Shown here: one piece after another, positions 29,009-37,908 of the stretch
How positions within the stretch are numbered: the first letter of the stretch is position 1
How the letters are laid out: every line of letters starts with the position of its first letter
Notes under the pieces: model-generated
What the model was told of the DNA's origin: nothing
Seen by the model: only the letters and a program-made list of their open reading frames with translations
Databases searched by the model: none
DNA from: Bacillota bacterium
GTDB taxonomy: Bacteria > Bacillota > Clostridia > Christensenellales > SZUA-584
DNA: 64,000 nt
Assembly: GCA_023416745.1 (NCBI GenBank)
Contig: JAEZHF010000051.1
Span: 140-64,139, forward strand
Direction of reading: 5' to 3'
Translations under genes and position numbers: made by a program

Positions 29009-29700
29009 TGGACAGATTTTACGATCTGCATATCCATTCCTGCTTGTCGCCGTGCGCTTCAGACGATATGACACTATCCAATATCGCCGGTATGGCCTCC
29101 ATCAAGGGGCTGTCTCTCATCTCTCTGACAGATCATAATTCGGGTCATAATCTGAAAGCTATGGAGAAGGCTGCTTCGGAGTTTGGCCTTATTTTCATTC
29201 CGGGCATTGAGGTAACGACTGTCGAAGAAGTCCATGTCCTCACATATTTCAAAAATACTCATGCAGCCGTTGAATTTGGCGAAATGCTATATGACTCATT
29301 GCCGGATATCTCCAACCGGCCGGACATATTCGGGAGGCAGAATATTATGGACGAGAACGATGAGGCAGCAGGCGAGCTCGATAAGCTGCTGCTGCAGGCC
29401 ACGCCGTTTTCTATCAACGAGCTTGCGACGCTGGCCTTCAAGGCTGGCGGCTGTGCCGTTCCCGCTCACATCAACAGGGATTCGTTCTCTGTGCTCGCGA
29501 ACCTCGGATTTATGCCGCCCGGCCTTTTCCGCACCGCGGAGGTGGCAACCGGCCTTCCCTGCCCCGCGCTGGATCCATCCATATACATTTTCCACTCTTC
29601 AGACGCACATAACCTAGGAGACATATCAGAGCCTGCTTACACCTTAAATGCTATCCATAATTCGTCAGCATTCGTTGATTTTGTTAATCATTCGCGGTGA
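29005..29700 (+). CDS. PHP-family phosphoesterase
   Basis: Motifs DLHIHS, LTDHNS, GIEV, PAHINR and HSSDAH. ATGA overlap with the upstream gene. Confidence 0.7.
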   Translation: MMDRFYDLHIHSCLSPCASDDMTLSNIAGMASIKGLSLISLTDHNSGHNLKAMEKAASEFGLIFIPGIEVTTVEEVHVLTYFKNTHAAVEFGEMLYDSLPDISNRPDIFGRQNIMDENDEAAGELDKLLLQATPFSINELATLAFKAGGCAVPAHINRDSFSVLANLGFMPPGLFRTAEVATGLPCPALDPSIYIFHSSDAHNLGDISEPAYTLNAIHNSSAFVDFVNHSR

Positions 29701-29762
29701 TACTGCTTGTTTTTCCTAACATTCGTCAAAATCTGAGCGTAACATAAAAGTTTATTATTTTT

Positions 29763-29791
29763 TTCACAAATAGTATGTGCATCAGTATAAT
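29763..29791 (+). promoter_or_regulatory. sigma-A type promoter of the hydC-hydA operon
   Basis: TTCACA-17 nt-TATAAT, about 80 nt upstream of hydC. Confidence 0.55.
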
Positions 29792-29873
29792 TATGTGATA
29801 AAATAACCGCTGGATGTTTTGTTACTTTTTTATCAAAGTCAAATATACACCTGACAGGAGGGAGATTTAAGTT

Positions 29874-30350
29874 ATGACCACAGCAGTGGATGATAAAGCT
29901 TTACGAGAAGAACTCATCAGCTTTATCGAAGAGCAGAAAAAAAAACCAGGCCCGTTGATGCCCATCATGCAAAAAGCTCAGAGCCTTTTCGGCGCACTCA
30001 CAATTGACGTGCAGGAGCTTATCTCGGAGCAGTTGGGTATCCCCATGAGCGATGTTTACGGCGTCGCCACATTTTATTCACAGTTTGCATTAGAGCCGAA
30101 AGGAGAGCACATCGTCAGCGTCTGTATGGGTACGGCATGTTACGTCCGGAACATTGAGAAGGTTCTTGACCGACTGGCCGAAGAGTTGGGAGTGAACCCC
30201 GGTGAAACCACGCCAGACAGAAAGTTTACGCTTGAACCCACTCGCTGCCTTGGATGCTGCGGCCTCGCCCCCGTCATCATGATCGACGATCAGGTGTATG
30301 GCCGGCTGACCCCATCCGATGTACCCGACATACTGGCGAAGTACAAGTAG
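29874..30350 (+). CDS. hydC: bifurcating [FeFe]-hydrogenase gamma subunit (NuoE-like 2Fe-2S)
   Basis: NuoE fold with CMGTAC...CLGCCGLAP cysteines and an AGGAGGGAG SD. Confidence 0.85.
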   Translation: MTTAVDDKALREELISFIEEQKKKPGPLMPIMQKAQSLFGALTIDVQELISEQLGIPMSDVYGVATFYSQFALEPKGEHIVSVCMGTACYVRNIEKVLDRLAEELGVNPGETTPDRKFTLEPTRCLGCCGLAPVIMIDDQVYGRLTPSDVPDILAKYK

Positions 30351-30353
30351 GTC

Positions 30354-30905
30354 ATGCGGGACATTTCTTTGCACATACTAGATATTGCCGAGAACTCGCT
30401 TCGCGCGGGCGCCAGCCTGATACGGATCGATATTACGGCAGATATATCGGCAGACAAGCTTACCGTATTAATTGAGGACAACGGCTGCGGTATGAGCAAT
30501 GAAATGCTGGAGCGGGTGAGAAGCCCCTTTGCCACCACGCGTACGACGCGCAAGGTTGGTCTGGGTATCCCGCTGTTTGCAGCTGGGTGTGAATCCACAG
30601 GCGGACATTTGGACATCGAATCGGCCCCCGGCAATGGCACAAAACTGACCGCCGTATATGGCTACAGTCATATCGACAGACCGCCGCTGGGCAGCATAGC
30701 TGAAACGATTGCGGCGCTGGCACTGGCAAACCCGGAAATCGATTTTGTCTTCATGGCAAAGAAGGACGAGGCTTTCGAGTTTGACACCCGGGCCATCAAA
30801 ACCACGCTGGACGGCGTGGCGATTACGGAGCCGGCTGTGATGTCTTTTATCCGGGAATATTTAGAAGAAGGAACCATGCAGGTTTTTGGAGGACATGATA
30901 TATGA
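30354..30905 (+). CDS. GHKL-type ATP-binding protein embedded in the hydrogenase operon
   Basis: 183 aa with an N box (IAENSLRAG), G1 (DNGCGM) and G2 (GLGIP). There is no obvious sensor or DHp domain. Confidence 0.6.
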   Translation: MRDISLHILDIAENSLRAGASLIRIDITADISADKLTVLIEDNGCGMSNEMLERVRSPFATTRTTRKVGLGIPLFAAGCESTGGHLDIESAPGNGTKLTAVYGYSHIDRPPLGSIAETIAALALANPEIDFVFMAKKDEAFEFDTRAIKTTLDGVAITEPAVMSFIREYLEEGTMQVFGGHDI

Positions 30906-31279
30906 AATCTTTAAAAGAATTAGAAGCGATCAGAAACAAGACACTGGCTCAGATAGATATACGCAAGAAGGGTGAAGGCACCCGTATTGTGGTGGGTATG
31001 GCTACTTGCGGCATCGCCGCGGGCGCACGTCCCGTTCTCTCCGCGTTTGTAGAAGAAGTTGCCAAGCGCAACCTCTCTGGTGTTACCGTCTCGCAGACAG
31101 GATGCATCGGAGCTTGCCGCCTGGAACCGATGGTCGAGGTGTTCACACCCGATGCCGACAAGGTAACTTACGTGAAGATTGATCCTGCCATGGTGAGCCG
31201 CATCGTCGCCGAACACATCGTAAACGGCAACCCGGTGACGGAATACACCATCGGCTACAGCGAAGAGAACAACAAGTAA
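30902..31279 (+). CDS. thioredoxin-like [2Fe-2S] ferredoxin
   Basis: 125 aa with cysteines in MATCGIAAGA...CIGACRLEP. ATGA overlap with the upstream gene. Confidence 0.7.
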   Translation: MKSLKELEAIRNKTLAQIDIRKKGEGTRIVVGMATCGIAAGARPVLSAFVEEVAKRNLSGVTVSQTGCIGACRLEPMVEVFTPDADKVTYVKIDPAMVSRIVAEHIVNGNPVTEYTIGYSEENNK

Positions 31280-31298
31280 TTAGGAGGAACGCATTATC

Positions 31299-33089
31299 AT
31301 GGATATTTTCCGTTCACACGTCCTTGTTTGCGGCGGCACGGGCTGCACTTCGTCCGATTCGCCTAAGATCATGGATAAATTTACAGAAGAAATCAGTAAA
31401 AACGGCCTGGATAAAGAGGTCAAGGTCGTCCGCACCGGCTGCTTCGGCCTTTGCGAAGCGGGCCCGATCGTGATCGTATATCCCGAAGGCAGCTTCTATT
31501 CGCACGTGAAGGTGGAAGACGTGGCCGAGATCGTCAGCGAGCACCTCTTAAAGGGTCGCATCGTTCACCGCCTGCTGTATAAGGAAGACACCGGCGATGT
31601 CGAGATGTCGCTCGATAACATCGGCTTCTACAAAAAGCAAAAGCGCGTCGCCTTGCGCAACTGCGGCGTGATCGACCCTGAGCGCATCGAGGAATACATC
31701 GCATTTGACGGCTATAAGGCGCTGGGCACCTGCCTTGGCGAGTATACGCCCGAGCAGGTCATTGAGACCGTTAAGGCGAGTGGTCTGCGCGGCAGAGGCG
31801 GCGGCGGCTTCCCCACCGGAATGAAGTGGCAGTTTTGCGCCAAGGAAACCAGCAGCCAGAAATATGTGATCTGCAACGCAGACGAAGGCGATCCGGGCGC
31901 GTTCATGGACAGAAGCGTGCTTGAGGGCGACCCGCATGCGGTGCTGGAAGCGATGGCCATAGCGGGCTACGCGATCGGCGCGTCAATTGGATATATCTAC
32001 GTTCGCGCGGAATACCCTATTGCCGTCAAGCGGCTGGAAATCGCTATCGGGCAGGCACGCGAGCTGGGCCTGCTGGGCAAGAATATATTTGAATCCGGCT
32101 TTGACTTCGACATCGAGATCCGTCTCGGCGCTGGCGCGTTCGTGTGCGGCGAGGAGATGGCGCTGATCCACTCCATTGAAGGCAATCGCGGTGAGCCGAC
32201 GCCCAAGCCCCCGTTCCCGGCGCAGAAAGGTTTGTTCGGCAAGCCGACGATCATCAACAACGTTGAAACATTTGCGAACATTCCGCAGATAATACTCAAT
32301 GGACCCGAATGGTTTGCGTCCATGGGTACCGAGAAGAGCAAGGGCACAAAAGTGTTCGCGCTGGGCGGCAAAATCAACAACACCGGTCTTGTCGAAATAC
32401 CGATGGGCACCACGCTGCGCGAAATCATATTCGAGATCGGCGGCGGCATCCCGGGCGGCAAGGAGTTCAAGGCGGCGCAGACGGGCGGCCCGTCGGGCGG
32501 CTGCATACCGACCAGCCACCTCGACACCCCCATCGACTACGACTCGCTGACTGCCATCGGCTCAATGATGGGCAGCGGCGGCCTGATCGTCATGGACGAA
32601 GACAACTGCATGGGGGACGTGGCGCGCTACTTCCTCGACTTCACTGTGGACGAATCGTGCGGCAAGTGCCCGCCGTGCCGTATTGGCACCAAGCGTATGC
32701 TGGAGATACTCGAGCGCATCGTATCGGGACGCGGTGAAGAAGGCGATATTGAGAAGCTGATATTGATGGGCGAGAACATCAAGAATGCGTCTCTCTGCGG
32801 TCTTGGCAAGACGGCTCCCAACCCGGTGCTGTCCACCATCAAGTATTTCCGCGACGAATACGAAGCGCACATCCGCGACAAGAAGTGTCCGGCCGGCCAC
32901 TGCAAGGCGCTGCTCAACTACATTATTGACAAGTCGAAGTGTATCGGCTGCGGCGCGTGTGCCAAGGTCTGCCCCACCAACGCAATATCCGGCAAGATCA
33001 AGGAACCTTTCGAGGTCGACCAGAGCAAGTGCATCAAGTGCGGTGCGTGCATGGCGCGCTGCAAGTTCAACGCGATCGAGAAGAAGTAA
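31299..33089 (+). CDS. hydB: bifurcating [FeFe]-hydrogenase beta subunit (NuoF-like, FMN/NAD(H))
   Basis: N-terminal 2Fe-2S domain, a GRGGGGFPTGMKW FMN site, a CGKCPPCR 4Fe-4S site, and two C-terminal CxxCxxCxxxC motifs. Confidence 0.9.
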   Translation: MDIFRSHVLVCGGTGCTSSDSPKIMDKFTEEISKNGLDKEVKVVRTGCFGLCEAGPIVIVYPEGSFYSHVKVEDVAEIVSEHLLKGRIVHRLLYKEDTGDVEMSLDNIGFYKKQKRVALRNCGVIDPERIEEYIAFDGYKALGTCLGEYTPEQVIETVKASGLRGRGGGGFPTGMKWQFCAKETSSQKYVICNADEGDPGAFMDRSVLEGDPHAVLEAMAIAGYAIGASIGYIYVRAEYPIAVKRLEIAIGQARELGLLGKNIFESGFDFDIEIRLGAGAFVCGEEMALIHSIEGNRGEPTPKPPFPAQKGLFGKPTIINNVETFANIPQIILNGPEWFASMGTEKSKGTKVFALGGKINNTGLVEIPMGTTLREIIFEIGGGIPGGKEFKAAQTGGPSGGCIPTSHLDTPIDYDSLTAIGSMMGSGGLIVMDEDNCMGDVARYFLDFTVDESCGKCPPCRIGTKRMLEILERIVSGRGEEGDIEKLILMGENIKNASLCGLGKTAPNPVLSTIKYFRDEYEAHIRDKKCPAGHCKALLNYIIDKSKCIGCGACAKVCPTNAISGKIKEPFEVDQSKCIKCGACMARCKFNAIEKK

Positions 33090-33107
33090 GAAAGGAGCAG
33101 ACAGATT

Positions 33108-34847
33108 ATGGTATCTTTAACGATAGACGGAGTCAAAGTGGAAGTGCCGAACGGTACGTCGGTGCTGGAAGCCGCGCGCAGCGTCGGTGTCCGCATCCCC
33201 ACATTGTGTTATTTAAAAGGCGTCAACGCCATCGGTGCGTGCCGCATGTGTCTGGTTGAAATGGTCGAAGGCGGACGTGGCCTGCAGGCGGCTTGCGTGC
33301 TGCCGGCGGCAAACGGCATGGTAATTTCATCAAACTCCAAGGCTGTTCAGGACGCGCGCCGCGTGAATCTGGAACTGATACTCTCCAATCACGACAAGCG
33401 ATGCCTCTCCTGCGTACGCAACCGCAGCTGTGAGCTGCAGCAGATATGCGAAGAACTCAATATCGAGGACGTTCCCTACGAGGGAGAAGGCTTCGACCGT
33501 CCGCTGGACACGGGTTCCGCGTCCGTCGTGCGCGACCCCAACAAGTGCATACTGTGCCGCCGCTGTGTCGCGGTTTGCGGTAACGTTCAGAAGATCGGCG
33601 CTGTGGGCGCTACCCAGCGGGGCTTCAAGACCATCGTGGAGCCGGTGTTCGGTAAGTCGCTCAAGGATGTGCCTTGTGTGAACTGCGGCCAGTGCATCAC
33701 CGCCTGCCCCGTCGGTGCGCTGACAGAGCGCAGCGAGATCAATAATGTTTGGGAAGCGCTGCATGACAAGACCAAGCATGTCGTCGTTCAGACTGCCCCC
33801 GCTGTGCGGTTCGGCCTCGGCGAAGAGTTTGGTATTCCGGTAGGCAGCAGCGTCACCGGCAAGATGGCCACGGCGCTTAAGCGGCTTGGCTTTGATAAGA
33901 TATTCGACGTTGACTTTTCCGCTGACCTTACCATTATGGAAGAAGGGACGGAACTGCTGGGCCGCATCAAGAACGGCGGCAAGCTGCCGATGATCACGTC
34001 GTGCAGCCCCGGCTGGATAAAATACTGTGAGCACTTCTTCCCGGATTTCCTGGAGAATCTCTCGACCTGCAAGTCCCCTCACCAAATGGGCGGCGCGATT
34101 ATCAAGTCGTATTACGCTGAAAAGTTCGGTATCGATCCGAAGAGCATCTATGTGGTGTCCATCATGCCGTGCACAGCGAAGAAGTTTGAGAAGGAACGCG
34201 ACGAGATGGCAGTCAACGGTCTCAGAGATGTGGACGCCGTGCTGACAACGCGTGAGCTGGCCCGCATGATCAAGCAGGCCAACATCGACTTTGCACGTTT
34301 GCCCGAGAGCGACTTTGACCGGGTTCTGGGAGAATCAACCGGGGCGGCTGTCATATTCGGCGCAACGGGCGGCGTTATGGAAGCGGCACTGAGAACAGTG
34401 GCAGACATTCTGTCCGGTCAGGATCTTAAGGATATCGACTACGAATGTGTGCGCGGCATCGACGGCGTCAAAGAAGCCACACTGAACATCGCCGGCATGG
34501 ATATCAAGGTTGCGGTGGCCAGCGGCACAGGCAATGCCAAGAAACTTCTGGAAGCAGTGCGCTCCGGCGAGAAATTCTATCACTTCATCGAAGTGATGGG
34601 TTGCCCCGGCGGCTGTGTGACGGGCGGCGGTCAGCCTATCGTCTCCGCGCAGGATAAACTGGATTATAATCCGTATGTGCTGCGCGCCAAGGCGACCTAT
34701 GCTGAAGATGCGGGCAAGCCCAAGCGCAAGTCCCACGAGAACGAGGAGATCAAATTACTGTACAAAGAGTTTTTGGGTGAGCCCAACGGCCATAAAACAC
34801 ACGAGCTGTTGCACACACACTATCATGTTCGCCCCAAATACCAATAA
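33108..34847 (+). CDS. hydA: [FeFe]-hydrogenase catalytic subunit (CpI-like M3 architecture)
   Basis: 2Fe-2S, His-ligated 4Fe-4S and 2x4Fe-4S N-terminal domains. H-cluster motifs are TSCSPGW (variant), MPCTAKKFE and EVMGCPGGCVTGGGQP. Confidence 0.9.
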   Translation: MVSLTIDGVKVEVPNGTSVLEAARSVGVRIPTLCYLKGVNAIGACRMCLVEMVEGGRGLQAACVLPAANGMVISSNSKAVQDARRVNLELILSNHDKRCLSCVRNRSCELQQICEELNIEDVPYEGEGFDRPLDTGSASVVRDPNKCILCRRCVAVCGNVQKIGAVGATQRGFKTIVEPVFGKSLKDVPCVNCGQCITACPVGALTERSEINNVWEALHDKTKHVVVQTAPAVRFGLGEEFGIPVGSSVTGKMATALKRLGFDKIFDVDFSADLTIMEEGTELLGRIKNGGKLPMITSCSPGWIKYCEHFFPDFLENLSTCKSPHQMGGAIIKSYYAEKFGIDPKSIYVVSIMPCTAKKFEKERDEMAVNGLRDVDAVLTTRELARMIKQANIDFARLPESDFDRVLGESTGAAVIFGATGGVMEAALRTVADILSGQDLKDIDYECVRGIDGVKEATLNIAGMDIKVAVASGTGNAKKLLEAVRSGEKFYHFIEVMGCPGGCVTGGGQPIVSAQDKLDYNPYVLRAKATYAEDAGKPKRKSHENEEIKLLYKEFLGEPNGHKTHELLHTHYHVRPKYQ

Positions 34848-34876
34848 GATATAACCGTAATCCTTACATAATGAAC

Positions 34877-34920
34877 GAGAAACGGCAGAGAGCACCAAGC
34901 CCTCTGCCGTTTCTCTTTGT
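34877..34920 (+). terminator. intrinsic terminator after hydA
   Basis: Perfect 14-bp inverted repeat GAGAAACGGCAGAG-11 nt-CTCTGCCGTTTCTC followed by TTTGT. Confidence 0.85.
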
Positions 34921-34960
34921 ATGGTTGCTGTCAATATATCCTAATATATTCCAGCCTGCT

Positions 34961-35431
34961 CTATGCCCAGTCCTTGCATACGTCCACCCAGTCAACGCAG
35001 GCCGAGTGGATTTCCAGCTCACCGATGTTGAGTTCGATAGCGCTGTTGCCGCTCCCGCAGGCCGGGAAAACCGTCTCAAACCGCTTCAGAGACTCATCCA
35101 AATACACCGGCACCCCTTCCCGTACGGCGAACGGGCACACTCCGCCCACCGCATGTCCAACCATATCCATCGCCTCATCCGGCGTTAACATTTTTGCCTT
35201 TATGCCAAACCTTGCCCGGTATTTTGCATTATCTACCCGAGTGTCGCCCGCCGTTACAACCAGTATGGCCTGACCGCCGACATTGAAGGACAGCGTTTTT
35301 GCTATTCTTTTCGGCTCGCAGCCCAGCGCGGCGGCAGCCAGCTCCACAGTCGCGCTCGACACATCAAACTCCTGTATGCGGCCAGCCATATTGTACTGAG
35401 CGAAATATTCTCTGACTTTTTCTATTGCCAT
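34961..35431 (-). CDS. YbaK/EbsC-type aminoacyl-tRNA editing domain protein
   Basis: 156 aa. YbaK-like sequence (KTLSF...GGVCPF). Confidence 0.7.
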   Translation of the reverse strand: MAIEKVREYFAQYNMAGRIQEFDVSSATVELAAAALGCEPKRIAKTLSFNVGGQAILVVTAGDTRVDNAKYRARFGIKAKMLTPDEAMDMVGHAVGGVCPFAVREGVPVYLDESLKRFETVFPACGSGNSAIELNIGELEIHSACVDWVDVCKDWA

Positions 35432-35455
35432 GGTTGACCTCCTGATATCTCGTGT

Positions 35456-36673
35456 TTACTCTTGATTCAGGCCCAGCATGCTGTCCGCCACCGCATCGGC
35501 CAGGGCCATCAGTTCATCCATCTGGCAGGTCTTTAGTGACGACTTGATCACCAGCGGCTCTGTCAGCAGTTCCATGTCTTTCATCCCGCCCAGCAGCTTC
35601 TCCATCTCCTTGTGCGCTACTGGCGCCCACGAGCCGTTGCCCACAAGCGCGACTTTACGCCCGCACAGATTGAGAACCGCCATTTCCCGCAGAAGCGTTT
35701 CCATACCAAAGTACAGGCCGTTGTTGTAAGTGGGCGACGCCAGCACCATGTGGCTAAATTTGAACGCATCTGCGATGATGTAGGACGGGTGCGTCTTCGA
35801 CACGTCGTACATGCGCATATCCTGCACGCCGCGCTGTGACAGATGGCCCGCAATCACGCTGGCGGCGTTTTCGGTGTTGCCGTACATCGATGCGTACGCG
35901 ATCAACACGCCCTTCTTTTCCGGTTGATATCGGCTCCAAAGGTCATACTTATTAATAAAACGACCAATATCCGAACGCCACAAAGGCCCGTGCAGCGGCA
36001 GAATCATGCTGATGTCGTTCGCGGCCACCTTTTTTAGTGCCTGCTGAACCTGCATGCCATAACGTCCCACAATGTTTGTGTAATAACGGCGCGCCTCATC
36101 CATAAAGTGTCCTTCAAAGTCCAATTCATCACTGAACAGGTTGCCGGACAACGCGCCGAAGGTGCCGAACGCGTCTGCTGAAAACAGCGCCTTACTGGTC
36201 TCCTCGTACGTCATCATCACCTCTGGCCAGTGCACCATGGGCGTGAAGCAGAACTTCAATGTGGGAGCACCCAGGCACAGCATATCGCCATCCTTCACCT
36301 CATGTGTGCGCAGCTCTATATCAAAGTCATAAAACTGGCGGATCATCTGAAACGTCTTAACGTTGCCGACAATCTTCATATCCGGAAAGCGCCGGGTCAG
36401 CTCGTCGATGCTGGCACAGTGATCCGGTTCCATATGGTTGATCACAAGGTAGTCAATTATCCGACCCTTCAGCACATATTCGATATTTTCGAAGAACACC
36501 TGCATGATGGATGTATCCACCGAGTCGATTAGTGCCGTCTTCTCGTCCATGATAAGATACGAGTTGTAGGACACTCCGTTCGGCAGCGGAAACATATTTT
36601 CAAACAGTGCCAGACGCCTGTCGCTGCCACCCACCCAATAGATTCCGTCTCTGATATGCTGCGATATTTGCAT
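35456..36673 (-). CDS. flavodiiron protein (FprA family)
   Basis: Metallo-beta-lactamase-like HMEPDH di-iron motif plus a C-terminal flavodoxin domain (IAYASMYGNTE). Start trimmed to MQISQH behind GGGAGGAG. Confidence 0.85.
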   Translation of the reverse strand: MQISQHIRDGIYWVGGSDRRLALFENMFPLPNGVSYNSYLIMDEKTALIDSVDTSIMQVFFENIEYVLKGRIIDYLVINHMEPDHCASIDELTRRFPDMKIVGNVKTFQMIRQFYDFDIELRTHEVKDGDMLCLGAPTLKFCFTPMVHWPEVMMTYEETSKALFSADAFGTFGALSGNLFSDELDFEGHFMDEARRYYTNIVGRYGMQVQQALKKVAANDISMILPLHGPLWRSDIGRFINKYDLWSRYQPEKKGVLIAYASMYGNTENAASVIAGHLSQRGVQDMRMYDVSKTHPSYIIADAFKFSHMVLASPTYNNGLYFGMETLLREMAVLNLCGRKVALVGNGSWAPVAHKEMEKLLGGMKDMELLTEPLVIKSSLKTCQMDELMALADAVADSMLGLNQE

Positions 36674-36730
36674 ATGAAGTCTCCTCCCTGTTGAGTTAAA
36701 ATATACAAACGTCTTAGAGACGTTCATTAC

Positions 36731-37906
36731 TTATACTATTTCAGTTACAATATCGCTGGCTAGCGCTGCGGCAATCATAGCCTCTGCATCCAGCGCAGCT
36801 TCCGCTTTCCGAACCGTCTCCATACGCGGTTTGGTAACAGGGTGCTTGGGCACAAACACGGTACAGCAGTCCTCGTACGGCAGTATCGATGTTTCGAAAG
36901 TGCCGTATCGCTCCGCCAGCGTGGTGATCTCCAGCTTGTCCAGTCCGATCAGCGGGCGCAACACCAGCATGTTCACCGCGCTGTTGGTGGCATGCAGGCT
37001 CTCCAGTGTCTGGCTGGCCACCTGCCCCACGCTCTCCCCCGTCACCAGCGCCTGACATTTATCCGAGGCTGCAATACGTTCTGCGATGCGCATCATGAAA
37101 CGGCGCATCAGCACGGTGAGGTAATCCGGCGGGCACTTCTCGTAGAGCGTCATCTGTATATCCGTGAAGCGGATGGTGTGCAGTCTTATCGGCCCCGTGT
37201 AGCGGGCCATGAGCTTGGCGAGGTCATGCACCTTCTCCAGCGCTTTCTCGCTGGTGTACGGGAAACTCTCAAAGTGCACCGCCGAAAGCGCGACACCGCG
37301 CTTGGCAATCATGCAGCCCGCCACCGGGCTGTCGATGCCGCCCGACAGCAGCACTGCCACCCGCCCGTTGCAGCCCACCGGCATGCCGCCGGGACCGGGT
37401 AGCACGCGCGTATAGCAGTACGCCTGCTCCCGTATCTCAATATAGGCGGTCAGTTCCGGACGTTCAAGGCTTACCTTGAGGCCCGGTACGCGGTCCAGTA
37501 TCACGCCGCCCGCTTCAGCCGCAATGTCGTTGGACTTCATTGGAAAACGCTTGTCCGCCCGCTTGGCCTCCACACGAAACAGCACGGTTTCTTGCGGAAG
37601 CTTCGCCCGTACCTCGGCCACCATGTCCGCCAGGGCTGACGCAGCCGCGTTAAAATCCTGATGAAGCCTGAGACCCGGACTGTACGAATGGATACCGTAT
37701 ACGCGCCCCAGAATGTCTAATGCGGTATCCAGCTTGTCGTCCGGCACGTTCTCTACGTACACGCGGCTTGCACCGCGGCGCACCACCGCACCTTCTATAG
37801 GAACCAGTGCGCTCTCCACGTTGCGCACCAGCGCTTTTTCGAAAAACGGGCGGTTCAGCCCCTTTAAATGTATCTCCGCATACCTGATGATGATAACGTT
37901 GTCCAT
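36731..37906 (-). CDS. thiI: tRNA 4-thiouridine synthase
   Basis: THUMP plus PP-loop (SGGIDSPVA). Start trimmed to MDNVIIIRY, 2 nt after the upstream stop. Confidence 0.85.
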   Translation of the reverse strand: MDNVIIIRYAEIHLKGLNRPFFEKALVRNVESALVPIEGAVVRRGASRVYVENVPDDKLDTALDILGRVYGIHSYSPGLRLHQDFNAAASALADMVAEVRAKLPQETVLFRVEAKRADKRFPMKSNDIAAEAGGVILDRVPGLKVSLERPELTAYIEIREQAYCYTRVLPGPGGMPVGCNGRVAVLLSGGIDSPVAGCMIAKRGVALSAVHFESFPYTSEKALEKVHDLAKLMARYTGPIRLHTIRFTDIQMTLYEKCPPDYLTVLMRRFMMRIAERIAASDKCQALVTGESVGQVASQTLESLHATNSAVNMLVLRPLIGLDKLEITTLAERYGTFETSILPYEDCCTVFVPKHPVTKPRMETVRKAEAALDAEAMIAAALASDIVTEIV

Positions 37907-37908
37907 AT

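Noticed and set aside
29750-29769. Possible Rex operator at the hydABC promoter. A perfect TTCACAA half-site overlaps the -35.
   Set aside because: The partner half-site is poor in either spacing: TTATTAT or GTTTATT against TTGTGAA/TTGTTAA. The surrounding sequence is simply T-rich. It is not supportable without a PWM score or a rex gene in view.
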